Virus record (IMG/VR): IMGVR_UViG_3300046804_003398
Origin: a virus
Taxonomy: Duplodnaviria; Caudoviricetes
DNA: 64,000 bases
Direction: 5' to 3' (one strand)
Below the pieces are notes generated by a model. That model worked only from the letters and a program-made list of their open reading frames with translations, searched no databases and was not told where the DNA came from. Position 1 is the first letter of the stretch, and the number at the start of each line of letters is the position of its first letter. Made by a program: the position numbers and the translations under genes. Positions 9,625 to 19,864 of this stretch are shown here, one piece after another.

Positions 9625-10755
9625 TTATACTACCTCACTACTTAAATGGTGAATTTTTCTTGCGTGTCTACATGCAAATTTAAAATACAAGTGCATCTTG
9701 AACTTTTTCTTGATTGTATAATAACCAAAATAGTCAAACAACATCATTATAGCATTCTTGAGTGATTGTTTATGACGTTTGTATTCTTCAATACCACATA
9801 TTTGGATATAACGCTTTTTGATGGTCAACATTATCGAATAATGAATCAAGAACGTAGACATATGATACATAAATTGACCAAAGTGGGGAGCGTCATGAAC
9901 CATGTCATAGTAAAACTTTTTGTTTCCTTTATCGTGGTAATCCAAGTATTGAAACAATGCACCATTGAAATAATGGATGTATGGTGGTGGAGAAGCATGT
10001 TTTCTGAAGAACTCATCAATATTCCCCCTACCTTCAGAAACCCAGTAATCAAAGTTGTGTTCTTCATAAACACTCTTTTTGATATTTTTGTTCATCCAAC
10101 AATTGAGTGAGAAAAACTCAAATGTGTCAAAGTGTATTTCTTCATTAAACTTCAACTCCAAACACTCGTTGGGTCTATATACAAATTGATTGTCCCACTT
10201 CACGTAATCAAACGCAGGCCAATCATACAGTTCCAATATGTCTCGTCTAACAAAGAATATACTTTCCTTACCAGGCATGTTGACCGCACCATGGAATATA
10301 CCAAGTTTACTAAAGAGTTGACCAAAATTATTTGGGTTCTGAGGAGCAACTACACAGTGAAGATGGTTATCTTTAAGTTGATTGAACCAATTATCAAATG
10401 TTACTTTGTCGGTCAAATATGCATCCTCTTCAAAGAATACCATTTCATCTTCGGTGGTCAATGTAAAGAGTGTATCCAAACAAAGACCATGTGACATCCA
10501 ATCTTTAGCAGTATTTTCAATAATCAATAACTCTGAGAAATACTTTTCGTAGTATTGACATATCTTGTATGCCTGTTCAGTGAGATGCTTTATATTCTCA
10601 CGGTTGTTGCATTCTCTGGCAATATTCAACATTACATAAATCTTGTAACCCTTGCAAATTCTCTTAAATTTTTCTAGTGAGGCAATTAGAGTGAGTGGAT
10701 TACCAATGGATGTTATACCTACTGTTCTTGTTTTTTGTTTTACATCTTCGTTCAT
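9625..10755 (-). CDS. divergent GT-A glycosyltransferase, paralogue 2
   Basis: HGLCLD, FFEEDAY, PGKES, FDTFEFFS, YIHYFN. Confidence 0.55.
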   Translation of the reverse strand: MNEDVKQKTRTVGITSIGNPLTLIASLEKFKRICKGYKIYVMLNIARECNNRENIKHLTEQAYKICQYYEKYFSELLIIENTAKDWMSHGLCLDTLFTLTTEDEMVFFEEDAYLTDKVTFDNWFNQLKDNHLHCVVAPQNPNNFGQLFSKLGIFHGAVNMPGKESIFFVRRDILELYDWPAFDYVKWDNQFVYRPNECLELKFNEEIHFDTFEFFSLNCWMNKNIKKSVYEEHNFDYWVSEGRGNIDEFFRKHASPPPYIHYFNGALFQYLDYHDKGNKKFYYDMVHDAPHFGQFMYHMSTFLIHYSIMLTIKKRYIQICGIEEYKRHKQSLKNAIMMLFDYFGYYTIKKKFKMHLYFKFACRHARKIHHLSSEVV

Positions 10756-11756
10756 AACAAATTAGATCTGTGAAATTCTTTAAACTTGGTCAGATATTCA
10801 TCAAACAATTCTTTGGAAATATCTGTGTCATTCCGAATTCTGTCTATATAAGTAGTATATGCAGAATAACTTGAATCGATTTGAATTAATTTTTCCAAAA
10901 CAATTGTAAACCACGCCAACAATCGTTGTGATTCGGGTTTATTATGATGAACATACACACGATTGTCGATGATATAATCTATCATCTTTACAGTTTCACC
11001 AAAATTTCTGATATGGTAGTATTCGCCTATTTTTGTGGCGTGTTCATCACATCTTTCATCATCTGAATTTCTGTATATTTGAATTTTTTGGTGTTCAGGT
11101 GGAATCCATACATTACACCTATAGTCCAACAATTCTTTGAACTTCACATCTGGAGTATACTTCAAAACATTCCTAGAAAATATTTCCATCGATTCGTGTG
11201 AACAATATTCATCTGTTGTGCCACAGTGTTTCATCCAAAATTTTTTAGTGCAACCAAACAACGTTGCTGCAAAACGTCCTCTTCCACCACGATATTCATT
11301 TGGAGCAAATATAGGTGAAGTATACATGAAATTAAGATATGGGTCTTCTGGAAAATGTCCCTTTTGCCAAATGTGAAAGTAAGTTGGAGTTATTGTGCAA
11401 CCACTATCCAAGTTTGATACAATGTCATACTCATCCAAGTATTTAAACATACGACTAAAAACATCATAGTCATATACCATCAAATCACTATCCATTACTA
11501 CAAATTTATCATCATCATTGAGTTGACTAATCGCAATTTGCAAATTTTCTTGATGACATTCATATGTAGATATGTAACTGATTGTTTTGCCTTTTACATT
11601 GTCTACACGCTTTTCCCAACCCATGTGTGTTCCAATAAAAATAAAGTTGTCAACAGGAAACTTCGATATGTTAGCCAGAATATATTCATGCAACATTGAA
11701 CCGAGTTTATGGTCAACCAACGAGTATTTTATAAATGGAATTATTAAAACGTTCAT
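10752..11756 (-). CDS. divergent GT-A glycosyltransferase, paralogue 3
   Basis: FVVMDSD DxD motif, ATLFGC, YYHI; ATGA-coupled. Confidence 0.55.
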   Translation of the reverse strand: MNVLIIPFIKYSLVDHKLGSMLHEYILANISKFPVDNFIFIGTHMGWEKRVDNVKGKTISYISTYECHQENLQIAISQLNDDDKFVVMDSDLMVYDYDVFSRMFKYLDEYDIVSNLDSGCTITPTYFHIWQKGHFPEDPYLNFMYTSPIFAPNEYRGGRGRFAATLFGCTKKFWMKHCGTTDEYCSHESMEIFSRNVLKYTPDVKFKELLDYRCNVWIPPEHQKIQIYRNSDDERCDEHATKIGEYYHIRNFGETVKMIDYIIDNRVYVHHNKPESQRLLAWFTIVLEKLIQIDSSYSAYTTYIDRIRNDTDISKELFDEYLTKFKEFHRSNLL

Positions 11757-12634
11757 GAGTTTAAAATTCGTTTAGATACTTCTAACCAGTCTGGAAACAA
11801 AGCAACGCTGGTCTTCATACAATAATCATAAAACATACGATATGCCATAGTATCTCTGGCAACTCTGTTATGTTCATACATCGTATGGAAATCATGAGTT
11901 ATACCCGCAATATGATAATACCACACATCATCCATTCTGTTAAGTAACAATAACTGTTCACCGTCATCTTGAATAACGTCCATCAATTGTGCAGATACCA
12001 AATCAAAGTGATCATAAAAATGTGGAAATGGAACTTCCTCTGTGATAATTTTGTTTTCTTTGTAGAACTTCACTCTATCTTTTGAATCTACATGTTGCAA
12101 TCCATCTTTATTGAATCGTAACTTCTTGTTGTAATCCACCCCAAATAACTCCTTCACCCTCGCGTCAACAGGCGCTCCGAACTTTGGATACTTTATTTGA
12201 GACAACAGTGACTTCTTACATCCCCAAAAACAAGGCCACAATCTGAGTCCACTAAGGTTTGCGTCCAACATGGAAAACAACGAATAATTCTTGTTGAGAA
12301 TGAGGTCTACTATTTTTTCCCAATCACCAATAAAATCAGGCTCCATTGAGAAAATATAATCGCCAGTTGAACGATTTAAAACCTCTTGAACACATTCATC
12401 TCGCCAATCTGTGTCCATCGCGCCTGACATTCTACAATAAATGACTTCACACTTGTCTTTAAGATCATTTTCGACGAACGTGGTGTATGGTCTCCACTTT
12501 TCGTTAAAGACTTGTGAGTAAGAAAATATGTAAAATACCTTATTGAACCTAGTATGGTATCTGTGTATAAAGTCTCTAATAATAGGACTGTCAAAGTTAG
12601 GCGCTGCTATAACAAACAAATCTACTTTGTTCAT
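11753..12634 (-). CDS. divergent GT-A glycosyltransferase, paralogue 4
   Basis: STGDYIFSMEPDF, PCFWGC, DHFD, YYHIAG. Confidence 0.5.
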   Translation of the reverse strand: MNKVDLFVIAAPNFDSPIIRDFIHRYHTRFNKVFYIFSYSQVFNEKWRPYTTFVENDLKDKCEVIYCRMSGAMDTDWRDECVQEVLNRSTGDYIFSMEPDFIGDWEKIVDLILNKNYSLFSMLDANLSGLRLWPCFWGCKKSLLSQIKYPKFGAPVDARVKELFGVDYNKKLRFNKDGLQHVDSKDRVKFYKENKIITEEVPFPHFYDHFDLVSAQLMDVIQDDGEQLLLLNRMDDVWYYHIAGITHDFHTMYEHNRVARDTMAYRMFYDYCMKTSVALFPDWLEVSKRILNS

Positions 12635-13812
12635 AGTATCTTTTTGGCAATCAGACCATATTTTTCAGTTGAAATTCCGTCACTGAGTTGATGAATATTG
12701 TATGACCTCAATATTGAAATCATATCATTTTCACTTTCATACATTTCAATCGTGCGTCCAAGATTTTCTTCATACAAATCATAAAACTCAAAATCCTTTG
12801 GATCTTTAATTGCGTGAAGCATTTCTCTCAACAACAAACATCTACGATATGGTTCCACTATTTCCAAATTGTTCCAAGTGGTTGGCTCTTTAAGTTTTTG
12901 AGCACGCATAGATGGAATGTATGAGTGTTCATATAGTTTACCAGTATATGGTTTCCAGAATCTATTGGATATCACTGTGGACATCGAACCTACGTGAAAA
13001 TCGACTGATGTGTCTGTAATATCATCCAATAGTTCGTTATCATGCAAACTCGAATGATATGTTCTTCTAATATGTTTGTCATTAATATTTTCAGGCGTAT
13101 TAGACAACAATCGAACTTTCTTTACCTCTGGGTTGTTGTATAGCTCAAATGAATAGTTTACAAATGTATCACCGCTACACTCTCTATCCAAAACAAGTTC
13201 TTTATCGCCCATCTTAATCACAGATCCAGATGGCCATGTAGTTGAATGAAACTGTCTTGACGAGTTAACCATGAATTTCTTCTTAGCCAAAAATAGAGTT
13301 GGCCAAAAACTAATAGCAGAATCATCTGGTCTAATTTCTGTATCAATTTGTAGTCCAGGTCTATTCTTGACCATAGGACATAGAGAATCTAACAAATATG
13401 GTGTGGCTGATCCTCTACCTACACCTAATATGTCATAACCATTATTGAAGAAATCATCTACATGTTTGTTTAAAAGATGAGGATTGATAATATAATCATC
13501 TTCTTCCATCAACAACACGTTTTCTTGAATATCAGGTTCATACTTGTTCAACATCAAGTCAATGTTCAATCCGTGTTGTGCTACGAGGTATTCAAAGTTG
13601 TCACGAACATTTGGAAACTTTCTATACAATCTACCCAAATAGTTCTTAATAAAAATGAACTCCAGTGGGTCGAGTCGTCCCATACAATCCACCGATATAA
13701 ACATATTGGTGAAGATGCTACTATACTTCTGCAGATTGGTTAACCAACAATACATGATTAGTGGTTCACCCGTTGCCGGAAGTAATAGCGATATTTTTCG
13801 TTCGTTGTTCAT
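12631..13812 (-). CDS. divergent GT-A glycosyltransferase, paralogue 5
   Basis: QHGLNID, VLLMEEDDY, PTLFLA, GDTF, FHVGSMS. Confidence 0.5.
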   Translation of the reverse strand: MNNERKISLLLPATGEPLIMYCWLTNLQKYSSIFTNMFISVDCMGRLDPLEFIFIKNYLGRLYRKFPNVRDNFEYLVAQHGLNIDLMLNKYEPDIQENVLLMEEDDYIINPHLLNKHVDDFFNNGYDILGVGRGSATPYLLDSLCPMVKNRPGLQIDTEIRPDDSAISFWPTLFLAKKKFMVNSSRQFHSTTWPSGSVIKMGDKELVLDRECSGDTFVNYSFELYNNPEVKKVRLLSNTPENINDKHIRRTYHSSLHDNELLDDITDTSVDFHVGSMSTVISNRFWKPYTGKLYEHSYIPSMRAQKLKEPTTWNNLEIVEPYRRCLLLREMLHAIKDPKDFEFYDLYEENLGRTIEMYESENDMISILRSYNIHQLSDGISTEKYGLIAKKIL

Positions 13813-14804
13813 ACTAGATTTGCCAAAAATGACTTAATTTGTAGAAATTCATAGTCAAAGTCACTGACTTGCTTGAACTTCTTCATAACATAATTACTGA
13901 CTTCTTCGTAATTTTCCGTCATTTCTCTGATTTTAAATTCGATTTCTTTTTGTGTCTTGCCATTTACATCAATAATCGTTTTACCATCTTCAAACATTAA
14001 TGATGCGGTATTACCAATCCAACCATTCCAATCAACACCCATGTGTGTAGAATCAACAATTACAGGTTTACCACATGCGAATGCATTGTGAACGTTGTGA
14101 CCATAACCTTCATCAACCACCTTACAGTGAAACAAAAATCCTAGATTCTTGATGAAGTCAGACATTTCATCTTCACCGTTGGGTATGTAACCATCACGAT
14201 TACCCGCACCATGAGCTTTGAACGTGTAGTCTGGCATAGCCTTTTCCAAACCATAAAACAACTCAGGCATTTGCATGAAGTGTTGAAGATTGGCTACAGA
14301 CTTTCTATTACAGTCCAACTTTTGTGTGAACTTCTTGGTATCAAACTCTTGATGGTAAAACACTTTGTTCTTACAATTATGGTTTACATAACATGGCCAA
14401 GAGCTAGACAGTAGGTTTTCAAAGGTAGTAGGTTGACACCATAGAGGTATGTTATTACCAATTTGGAAAATCAACTTACACTTGAGATTGTATTGCTTGA
14501 TTAAAGTTTGCCATGTGACATAATTTTCAAGCAACGTGCATACTACAATGTCATAGTAATTATCCTTGAACTTATCAAACTCACCAGACTTCAAGTTAGG
14601 CATGTATTTTTTGAAATACAAGTTGTCGAATTCGGGTGTGATCGTATAACGTCCAACTTCAGCTGCGTAGGAACTATACAATGAACCCTCATAATACCAG
14701 TCCCAACCATCTGGTATTTCAAGATCGTATTTTAGTCGTTCATGAAATAGGATGTAAATGGATCTGAGTAAGGATAAGTGGTGATAATCAGCTAAAACTT
14801 TCAT
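13809..14804 (-). CDS. GT-B (GT4-like) glycosyltransferase
   Basis: N-terminal DYHH; FHCKVVDEGYGHNVHNAFACGKPVI. Confidence 0.65.
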   Translation of the reverse strand: MKVLADYHHLSLLRSIYILFHERLKYDLEIPDGWDWYYEGSLYSSYAAEVGRYTITPEFDNLYFKKYMPNLKSGEFDKFKDNYYDIVVCTLLENYVTWQTLIKQYNLKCKLIFQIGNNIPLWCQPTTFENLLSSSWPCYVNHNCKNKVFYHQEFDTKKFTQKLDCNRKSVANLQHFMQMPELFYGLEKAMPDYTFKAHGAGNRDGYIPNGEDEMSDFIKNLGFLFHCKVVDEGYGHNVHNAFACGKPVIVDSTHMGVDWNGWIGNTASLMFEDGKTIIDVNGKTQKEIEFKIREMTENYEEVSNYVMKKFKQVSDFDYEFLQIKSFLANLV

Positions 14805-15958
14805 ATTAGTCTTTCAATAAATACTCGGATCTTCTGATATTCTTCATCAAAGTCCACAACTTCTTTAAATTTATTCATTGCGTTCTCTTGCATCATTGGA
14901 TAGTTATCCGCACACCACTTCAACCTATTGACCACACTGTCATAATTATACTTACCCCAGTCAATAAAGGTTGGTTTGGTTCCATAGTTCTCAACATCCA
15001 ACAACAACTGTGATGTAAACCATTCTTCTGGATTACCACCACTAGACATATGACTACTATCAGTAATCAAAGGTGTTCCTACAGCATAAGCTTGATGAAT
15101 ATTGTAACCATATCCATCGCCAACTGGCTTAACGTGATATATGAATCCAGACTCGTTCATTACTCTAGCAATGTCATAGTCAGTCTTTAACTCACCATCA
15201 CGATTGCCGACACCATATGCCTTGATAGTCCAATCTGGTAAACGACGTTCAAGTTCATACAAACCACCCAAAGTATTACAGTTGTGACGAATGTTACTGA
15301 TACTCTTGATGTTTTTGATACTGTTATTGTTCTTGAAGATATTCAAATCAAATTCTGGATGGAAGTATACCATGTTACACTTCTTACCATTACGTCTATT
15401 CTGGAATACCTTATGCATACCCTTATACAAGTCTTTCTTCTGGAACTTCTTGTAAAGCGCAGTCATTGTCAATCCGTGTATATCCTCACCCGCAACAAAC
15501 GTGTAAGTTGTGGAATTCAAGAAGTTAGGAACATTTGTAGTAATATTACCCCAATTGTTACCCGCTTCAAAAATAAACTTGGCTTGAGGTTGATGATCCT
15601 TAAGCAACTTCATGAACACAGGAATGTGTGCTGGAACCGTTGCAATAATAATATCAAATTTTGTTTGACAGAATTTTTCAAAGTCAATTCCCTTATAAGG
15701 CAATTTGCCATCATTTGAATTAACAGATACAGTTCCATCTTCATTGTCTGTGAACGTTTGTAGTCCATCATTACCAAATTGATTGACCAAAAACTGTTCT
15801 GCTACCAGTTCAATGTTTGCGTCAACAATTCGCCAATATCCTTGTTTGTAATAGTCCATTCCATAAGGAACATAGAGTTCTGCACCCATTCTTTTTTCGA
15901 ATAGGTGACACATTGAATTAACTAAATCTCTGTGGTGAAAATCACAAAATACTTTCAT
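14801..15958 (-). CDS. GT-B (GT4-like) glycosyltransferase, paralogue of 13809..14804
   Basis: N-terminal DFHH; YHVKPVGDGYGYNIHQAYAVGTPLI. Confidence 0.65.
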   Translation of the reverse strand: MKVFCDFHHRDLVNSMCHLFEKRMGAELYVPYGMDYYKQGYWRIVDANIELVAEQFLVNQFGNDGLQTFTDNEDGTVSVNSNDGKLPYKGIDFEKFCQTKFDIIIATVPAHIPVFMKLLKDHQPQAKFIFEAGNNWGNITTNVPNFLNSTTYTFVAGEDIHGLTMTALYKKFQKKDLYKGMHKVFQNRRNGKKCNMVYFHPEFDLNIFKNNNSIKNIKSISNIRHNCNTLGGLYELERRLPDWTIKAYGVGNRDGELKTDYDIARVMNESGFIYHVKPVGDGYGYNIHQAYAVGTPLITDSSHMSSGGNPEEWFTSQLLLDVENYGTKPTFIDWGKYNYDSVVNRLKWCADNYPMMQENAMNKFKEVVDFDEEYQKIRVFIERLI

Positions 15959-16992
15959 AGTTTATCTAAAAATTCTTTCCATTGAGGTTTGATAGATTCT
16001 GCATCAAAATATGCGATAGCAGCTTTTCTTCCGTTTTCGCTAATCATCTTTCTGCAATTTGCATTCATCATTACTTCACGAATACATTCCTTGATTTCAG
16101 CAACGTTATTGCAACAGAATCCGTTTTCGCCATGTTTGATCAAACTGCTAACTTCGTATGGGAACTTACCAACTTTACTTGCAAGTTCATCACCCAAAGC
16201 AACCACGGGAATTCCGCTCATCCACGCTTCCATGAAGTTGAGTGTATAAGATGCTGGCCAAGTTCCACTATACAAATAGACCTTGTTCTTTGACAGTTCA
16301 ACCAACTGATCTTTGTAGTCCAACTCGCCACAATCCATAGGGGCAGCTTGGTTACCTGGACCAAACAATTTGAAATTAAAGTCTTTAGCAACATGACGAA
16401 TCAAATCATAACGACAATGATCTCCTCTACCAACAACGTTCTGACCAAACGTCATCACATAATTTTGATCGCCAACGTATGGTAGATAATCATCCTTATA
16501 CTTGGCAAATCGAATCATCGCATCTTCACCACAGTAGTTTGTAAGTTCACGTTCCTTTGGACTATAACGAACAATCTTCAAACCCTCGGCGCGATACTTT
16601 TGCATCTTGGCTTCAACATCAGCAGTTGATTGGCCGATTGTTCTCCAAATAACGTTTTTGTGTTTGATACGATCCCAGTTTTGTTCAATGAACCTAGGAA
16701 GGTGCATGATCATGATAGTATCAAATGAGTCAATCATAGCATCAGTCAACAGATTGTTATACTGTTCAGGCTTAACATCTGAATTGTGTGAATTGACATG
16801 ACACATATCATAAAACTTTTGAAGATAGTCTGGCTTGTCTTCAATGTTCAGTGGTGGTCGCCTGTTTACAACAGGATTTTTTGGACGATGATATGCATCG
16901 TTTGTGAATACATCATATCCCAACTCATTAAGAAGCCTAAGTTCGTCGTATTCAAGGACGCAATGGCAACAAAGGTATAGTAACTTTTTCAT
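15955..16992 (-). CDS. GT4-like glycosyltransferase
   Basis: SYTLNFMEAWMSGIPVV, LIKHGENGF. Confidence 0.75.
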   Translation of the reverse strand: MKKLLYLCCHCVLEYDELRLLNELGYDVFTNDAYHRPKNPVVNRRPPLNIEDKPDYLQKFYDMCHVNSHNSDVKPEQYNNLLTDAMIDSFDTIMIMHLPRFIEQNWDRIKHKNVIWRTIGQSTADVEAKMQKYRAEGLKIVRYSPKERELTNYCGEDAMIRFAKYKDDYLPYVGDQNYVMTFGQNVVGRGDHCRYDLIRHVAKDFNFKLFGPGNQAAPMDCGELDYKDQLVELSKNKVYLYSGTWPASYTLNFMEAWMSGIPVVALGDELASKVGKFPYEVSSLIKHGENGFCCNNVAEIKECIREVMMNANCRKMISENGRKAAIAYFDAESIKPQWKEFLDKL

Positions 16993-16996
16993 TATT

Positions 16997-17422
16997 TTAT
17001 AGACAGGCTAAACTTGGATGTTCACAGACTTGAGAGAAACACAGTCCAAGTGAACGTGTTTCATTCTCAGGCATATACGGATCTGTCTCAATTGTCAAGT
17101 CTTTAGTGCCAACAGTATTGATGATAAATATATATGGTTTATTTGGGGTCAATTTGTGCTTAAAGTCGATTCTATCATTGTGTATATGAATCTCTCTGCC
17201 CACTGGACAAACTAATTTAACTCTCAAGGCTGAGATGTTATCATATGTAATTACTGTTTTTGGAAAAGACCATCTGAACTTGTTTCCGTCGAGATCTTTT
17301 TCGACTTCGTGCCAGTCTGTTCCACTCAGTGATAATGTGCTAGCACTATTGAATGCTCTCACACCTAGAATATTCTTGATTCTGTTCCAAAATGATTGAT
17401 TGATTATAATTGCGTCATCCAT
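16997..17422 (-). CDS. small beta-sandwich accessory protein (RWS...RSLG motif)
   Basis: WHEVE..FRWS and ETRSLGL; paralogue of 18847..19281. Confidence 0.5.
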   Translation of the reverse strand: MDDAIIINQSFWNRIKNILGVRAFNSASTLSLSGTDWHEVEKDLDGNKFRWSFPKTVITYDNISALRVKLVCPVGREIHIHNDRIDFKHKLTPNKPYIFIINTVGTKDLTIETDPYMPENETRSLGLCFSQVCEHPSLACL

Positions 17423-17426
17423 AACA

Positions 17427-18845
17427 TTATTTGACTTTTGATTCCATTAAAGCATAAGTATGTTCCAAATCTGGATATGCCCACTCTTGGTCACTGGTAT
17501 AATTAGAACTGAATGTTTCCATACCTTGAATTGATCCAATTTTATATTTCACTAAACCTGGGTGGTCTTTTCCAAGAAAGTCGATATGACCACTATATCC
17601 CGTAGCAATAACATCTTTCTTTAGATGAAATGCTTCAAAGATGGTCAGCCCAAATCCCTCTGATTTAGTCAAACTTACATAACAGTCACCAAAACTGTGC
17701 AAACTTAACATTTCTCGTTCATTAAGATTCATCAACAACAAGTGTATACTCTTACCAATCTTATCAGTCAACACACTCAATTTGTTTACGATATAATTGA
17801 TGTTGTTTAGAGTATAGTCTTTGTAGTGAACCTTCAATAGTAACTGAGTGTTTGGATAGGTATCGTTGAGTTTATCAAATACTTTAACAAGCTCTTCGAT
17901 ACTCTTACGTGCAGTCAACTCACCGATGCTATAAAACGTATATTTGGTCTTACTTAGTTCTGTTCCAAAACAGTCTGTGATATTGATCTTTCTCTTTTCA
18001 AGAAGTTTTTGATCAAACCAAACGTGTGGCACAACTTCAACCTTGGATTTTACACCACAGTTTTCATACACTTGCTTGTTGTATACAGATGGAACCCAAA
18101 CCTCGGGCAACATGTTGATACAGTCCACCCACTTTGGAGGAAGTTTGCTGCTTTCCCAAGCACAATATCCTACAACACGTTTATACTTGGAACATTCATA
18201 TTTTCTTATGAACTCTGGCCAAAGATCGGGAGTAGAATGTAACGTGATTTGATCTTTACCCATCAAAGGTCTATTCATTGCACTTTCAGCAAGAGCGTTG
18301 ACATAGTTTGTAGTGTCAAGTTTACTACTATCAAACCTTAGTGTATGCCAACAAATAGGAACACCCTTTGTAACATACTCCGCAACGTAGCCTTTTGCAG
18401 CAGTTGCATATCCAGAAGTTCCATATTGTCCAACGTAATAGACCGAATCTACAACGTTCAACTCAATATTGGATCTATTGAACAACTTGATTAGTGAAAT
18501 CTTCTTTAGAGTTTCTTTACGAGGAAAATCGTATTTTGGATATACGATAATGTTACAGAATATCTTTTCTTTCTCAAATACATTCAGAGTTCTATTGACT
18601 ACAAAACGTAGGAATTTGTTTTCTTCAAAGCTACTATTGACGAATACAAACGTTTTACCAAGTTTCTTGATCAGTTCGTTGTAGATACCGATGCCGTTCA
18701 AGGCTTCCAGATCATCGATCAAATAGATTTCAATGTCCTTCTCTGACTTCAAACTATCAAGAACCGTTTTGTCCTTTGAAATCAATACCAAAGAACTACT
18801 GTGATCTCTTAGAAAGTCAACGTTGTTCTGATTGTATTTTTCCAT
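17427..18845 (-). CDS. GT4-like glycosyltransferase with N-terminal extension
   Basis: SGYATAA, WESSKLP, VWVPS, RKSIEEL, SEGFGLTIFEA. Confidence 0.85.
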   Translation of the reverse strand: MEKYNQNNVDFLRDHSSSLVLISKDKTVLDSLKSEKDIEIYLIDDLEALNGIGIYNELIKKLGKTFVFVNSSFEENKFLRFVVNRTLNVFEKEKIFCNIIVYPKYDFPRKETLKKISLIKLFNRSNIELNVVDSVYYVGQYGTSGYATAAKGYVAEYVTKGVPICWHTLRFDSSKLDTTNYVNALAESAMNRPLMGKDQITLHSTPDLWPEFIRKYECSKYKRVVGYCAWESSKLPPKWVDCINMLPEVWVPSVYNKQVYENCGVKSKVEVVPHVWFDQKLLEKRKINITDCFGTELSKTKYTFYSIGELTARKSIEELVKVFDKLNDTYPNTQLLLKVHYKDYTLNNINYIVNKLSVLTDKIGKSIHLLLMNLNEREMLSLHSFGDCYVSLTKSEGFGLTIFEAFHLKKDVIATGYSGHIDFLGKDHPGLVKYKIGSIQGMETFSSNYTSDQEWAYPDLEHTYALMESKVK

Positions 18846-18846
18846 C

Positions 18847-19281
18847 TTAGTTTAAGATTATTGTATCTTCTGATGTAATAGAATAATATTGTGCTCCCAA
18901 TGAACGAGTATCACTATCTGGATTAAATGGATCAATCCGAATAGTTACATCGGTAGCATCGTAGGTAGACACAATCACCTTGTATTCTTCACCAGGCTCA
19001 AGTCTAAAAGTATGATCCACTTCCTTGGTCTTAAATGAAATTTCTCTGCCAATTGGATCGGAAAATACAAAAACCACCTTGTCTACGTTCTGTATGTTTA
19101 CTTTTGTGAGTGGATGAGACCACCTAAATGGTTTGTCGTTTGCTTGTTCAAGACCATACCAAAGTTCTTGTTCTCTTTGAATTTTTTGTTCGGTGTTGAT
19201 TCTTGAAATTTTCTTAGTCAACTTCTTTAATGATGCGACATACTTTAGATAAAATGGTTGTTTTATTGTTATAACTTTCAT
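18847..19281 (-). CDS. small beta-sandwich accessory protein (RWS...RSLG motif)
   Basis: WYGLE..FRWS and SDTRSLG. Confidence 0.5.
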   Translation of the reverse strand: MKVITIKQPFYLKYVASLKKLTKKISRINTEQKIQREQELWYGLEQANDKPFRWSHPLTKVNIQNVDKVVFVFSDPIGREISFKTKEVDHTFRLEPGEEYKVIVSTYDATDVTIRIDPFNPDSDTRSLGAQYYSITSEDTIILN

Positions 19282-19296
19282 AGTAGTTTCTGTTCA

Positions 19297-19324
19297 ATCA
19301 TATCATAACTAGAACACATGTCAA
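19297..19324 (-). promoter_or_regulatory. sigma70-type promoter for the long minus-strand GT operon
   Basis: TTGACA-16 nt-TATGAT with TGn extension, read on the minus strand. Confidence 0.6.
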
Positions 19325-19390
19325 TTTGTGTAATTATTATATTTTGATCGTGTTAGTCTTATAATCAGACTACTAAATATATATTGTTGA

Positions 19391-19864
19391 ATGAAATTTA
19401 TCAGTCACAGAGGAAACACCAATGGTAGACACAAAATCTACGAAAACTCTCCATCCACTATTAACAGTGTTATATTGATGGGGTATAGTGTAGAAGTGGA
19501 TATTTGGTATAAAGACGACACCTTGTTTTTGGGACATGATGAACCAGTATGGGAAATTGATGACCAGTTTCTAAAACAACATTATACCAATCTATTGATT
19601 CATTGTAAAGATGATGCATCATTGTTCAAGTTGAGTTCGATTCCAATCTTGGAGTTATTCACACATTCGGATGACAAATTTACTCTGTCTAGTAAAAACA
19701 AAATTCTCATACATCCCCACACAATTACTACTTATAGAAAAGGTATATTGATTATGCCTGAACTGTCTCACTACACAGTTGAAGAAATATTGCAATTCGA
19801 CGGAATCGTGAGCGACAACATTAAATTTTATGAAGATTGTTATAACACTATCAGGAAACAGTGA
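19391..19864 (+). CDS. GDPD/PLC-like phosphodiesterase (short TIM-barrel type)
   Basis: ISHRGN, ENSP, VEVDIW, LGHDEP, HCK. Confidence 0.7.
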   Translation: MKFISHRGNTNGRHKIYENSPSTINSVILMGYSVEVDIWYKDDTLFLGHDEPVWEIDDQFLKQHYTNLLIHCKDDASLFKLSSIPILELFTHSDDKFTLSSKNKILIHPHTITTYRKGILIMPELSHYTVEEILQFDGIVSDNIKFYEDCYNTIRKQ

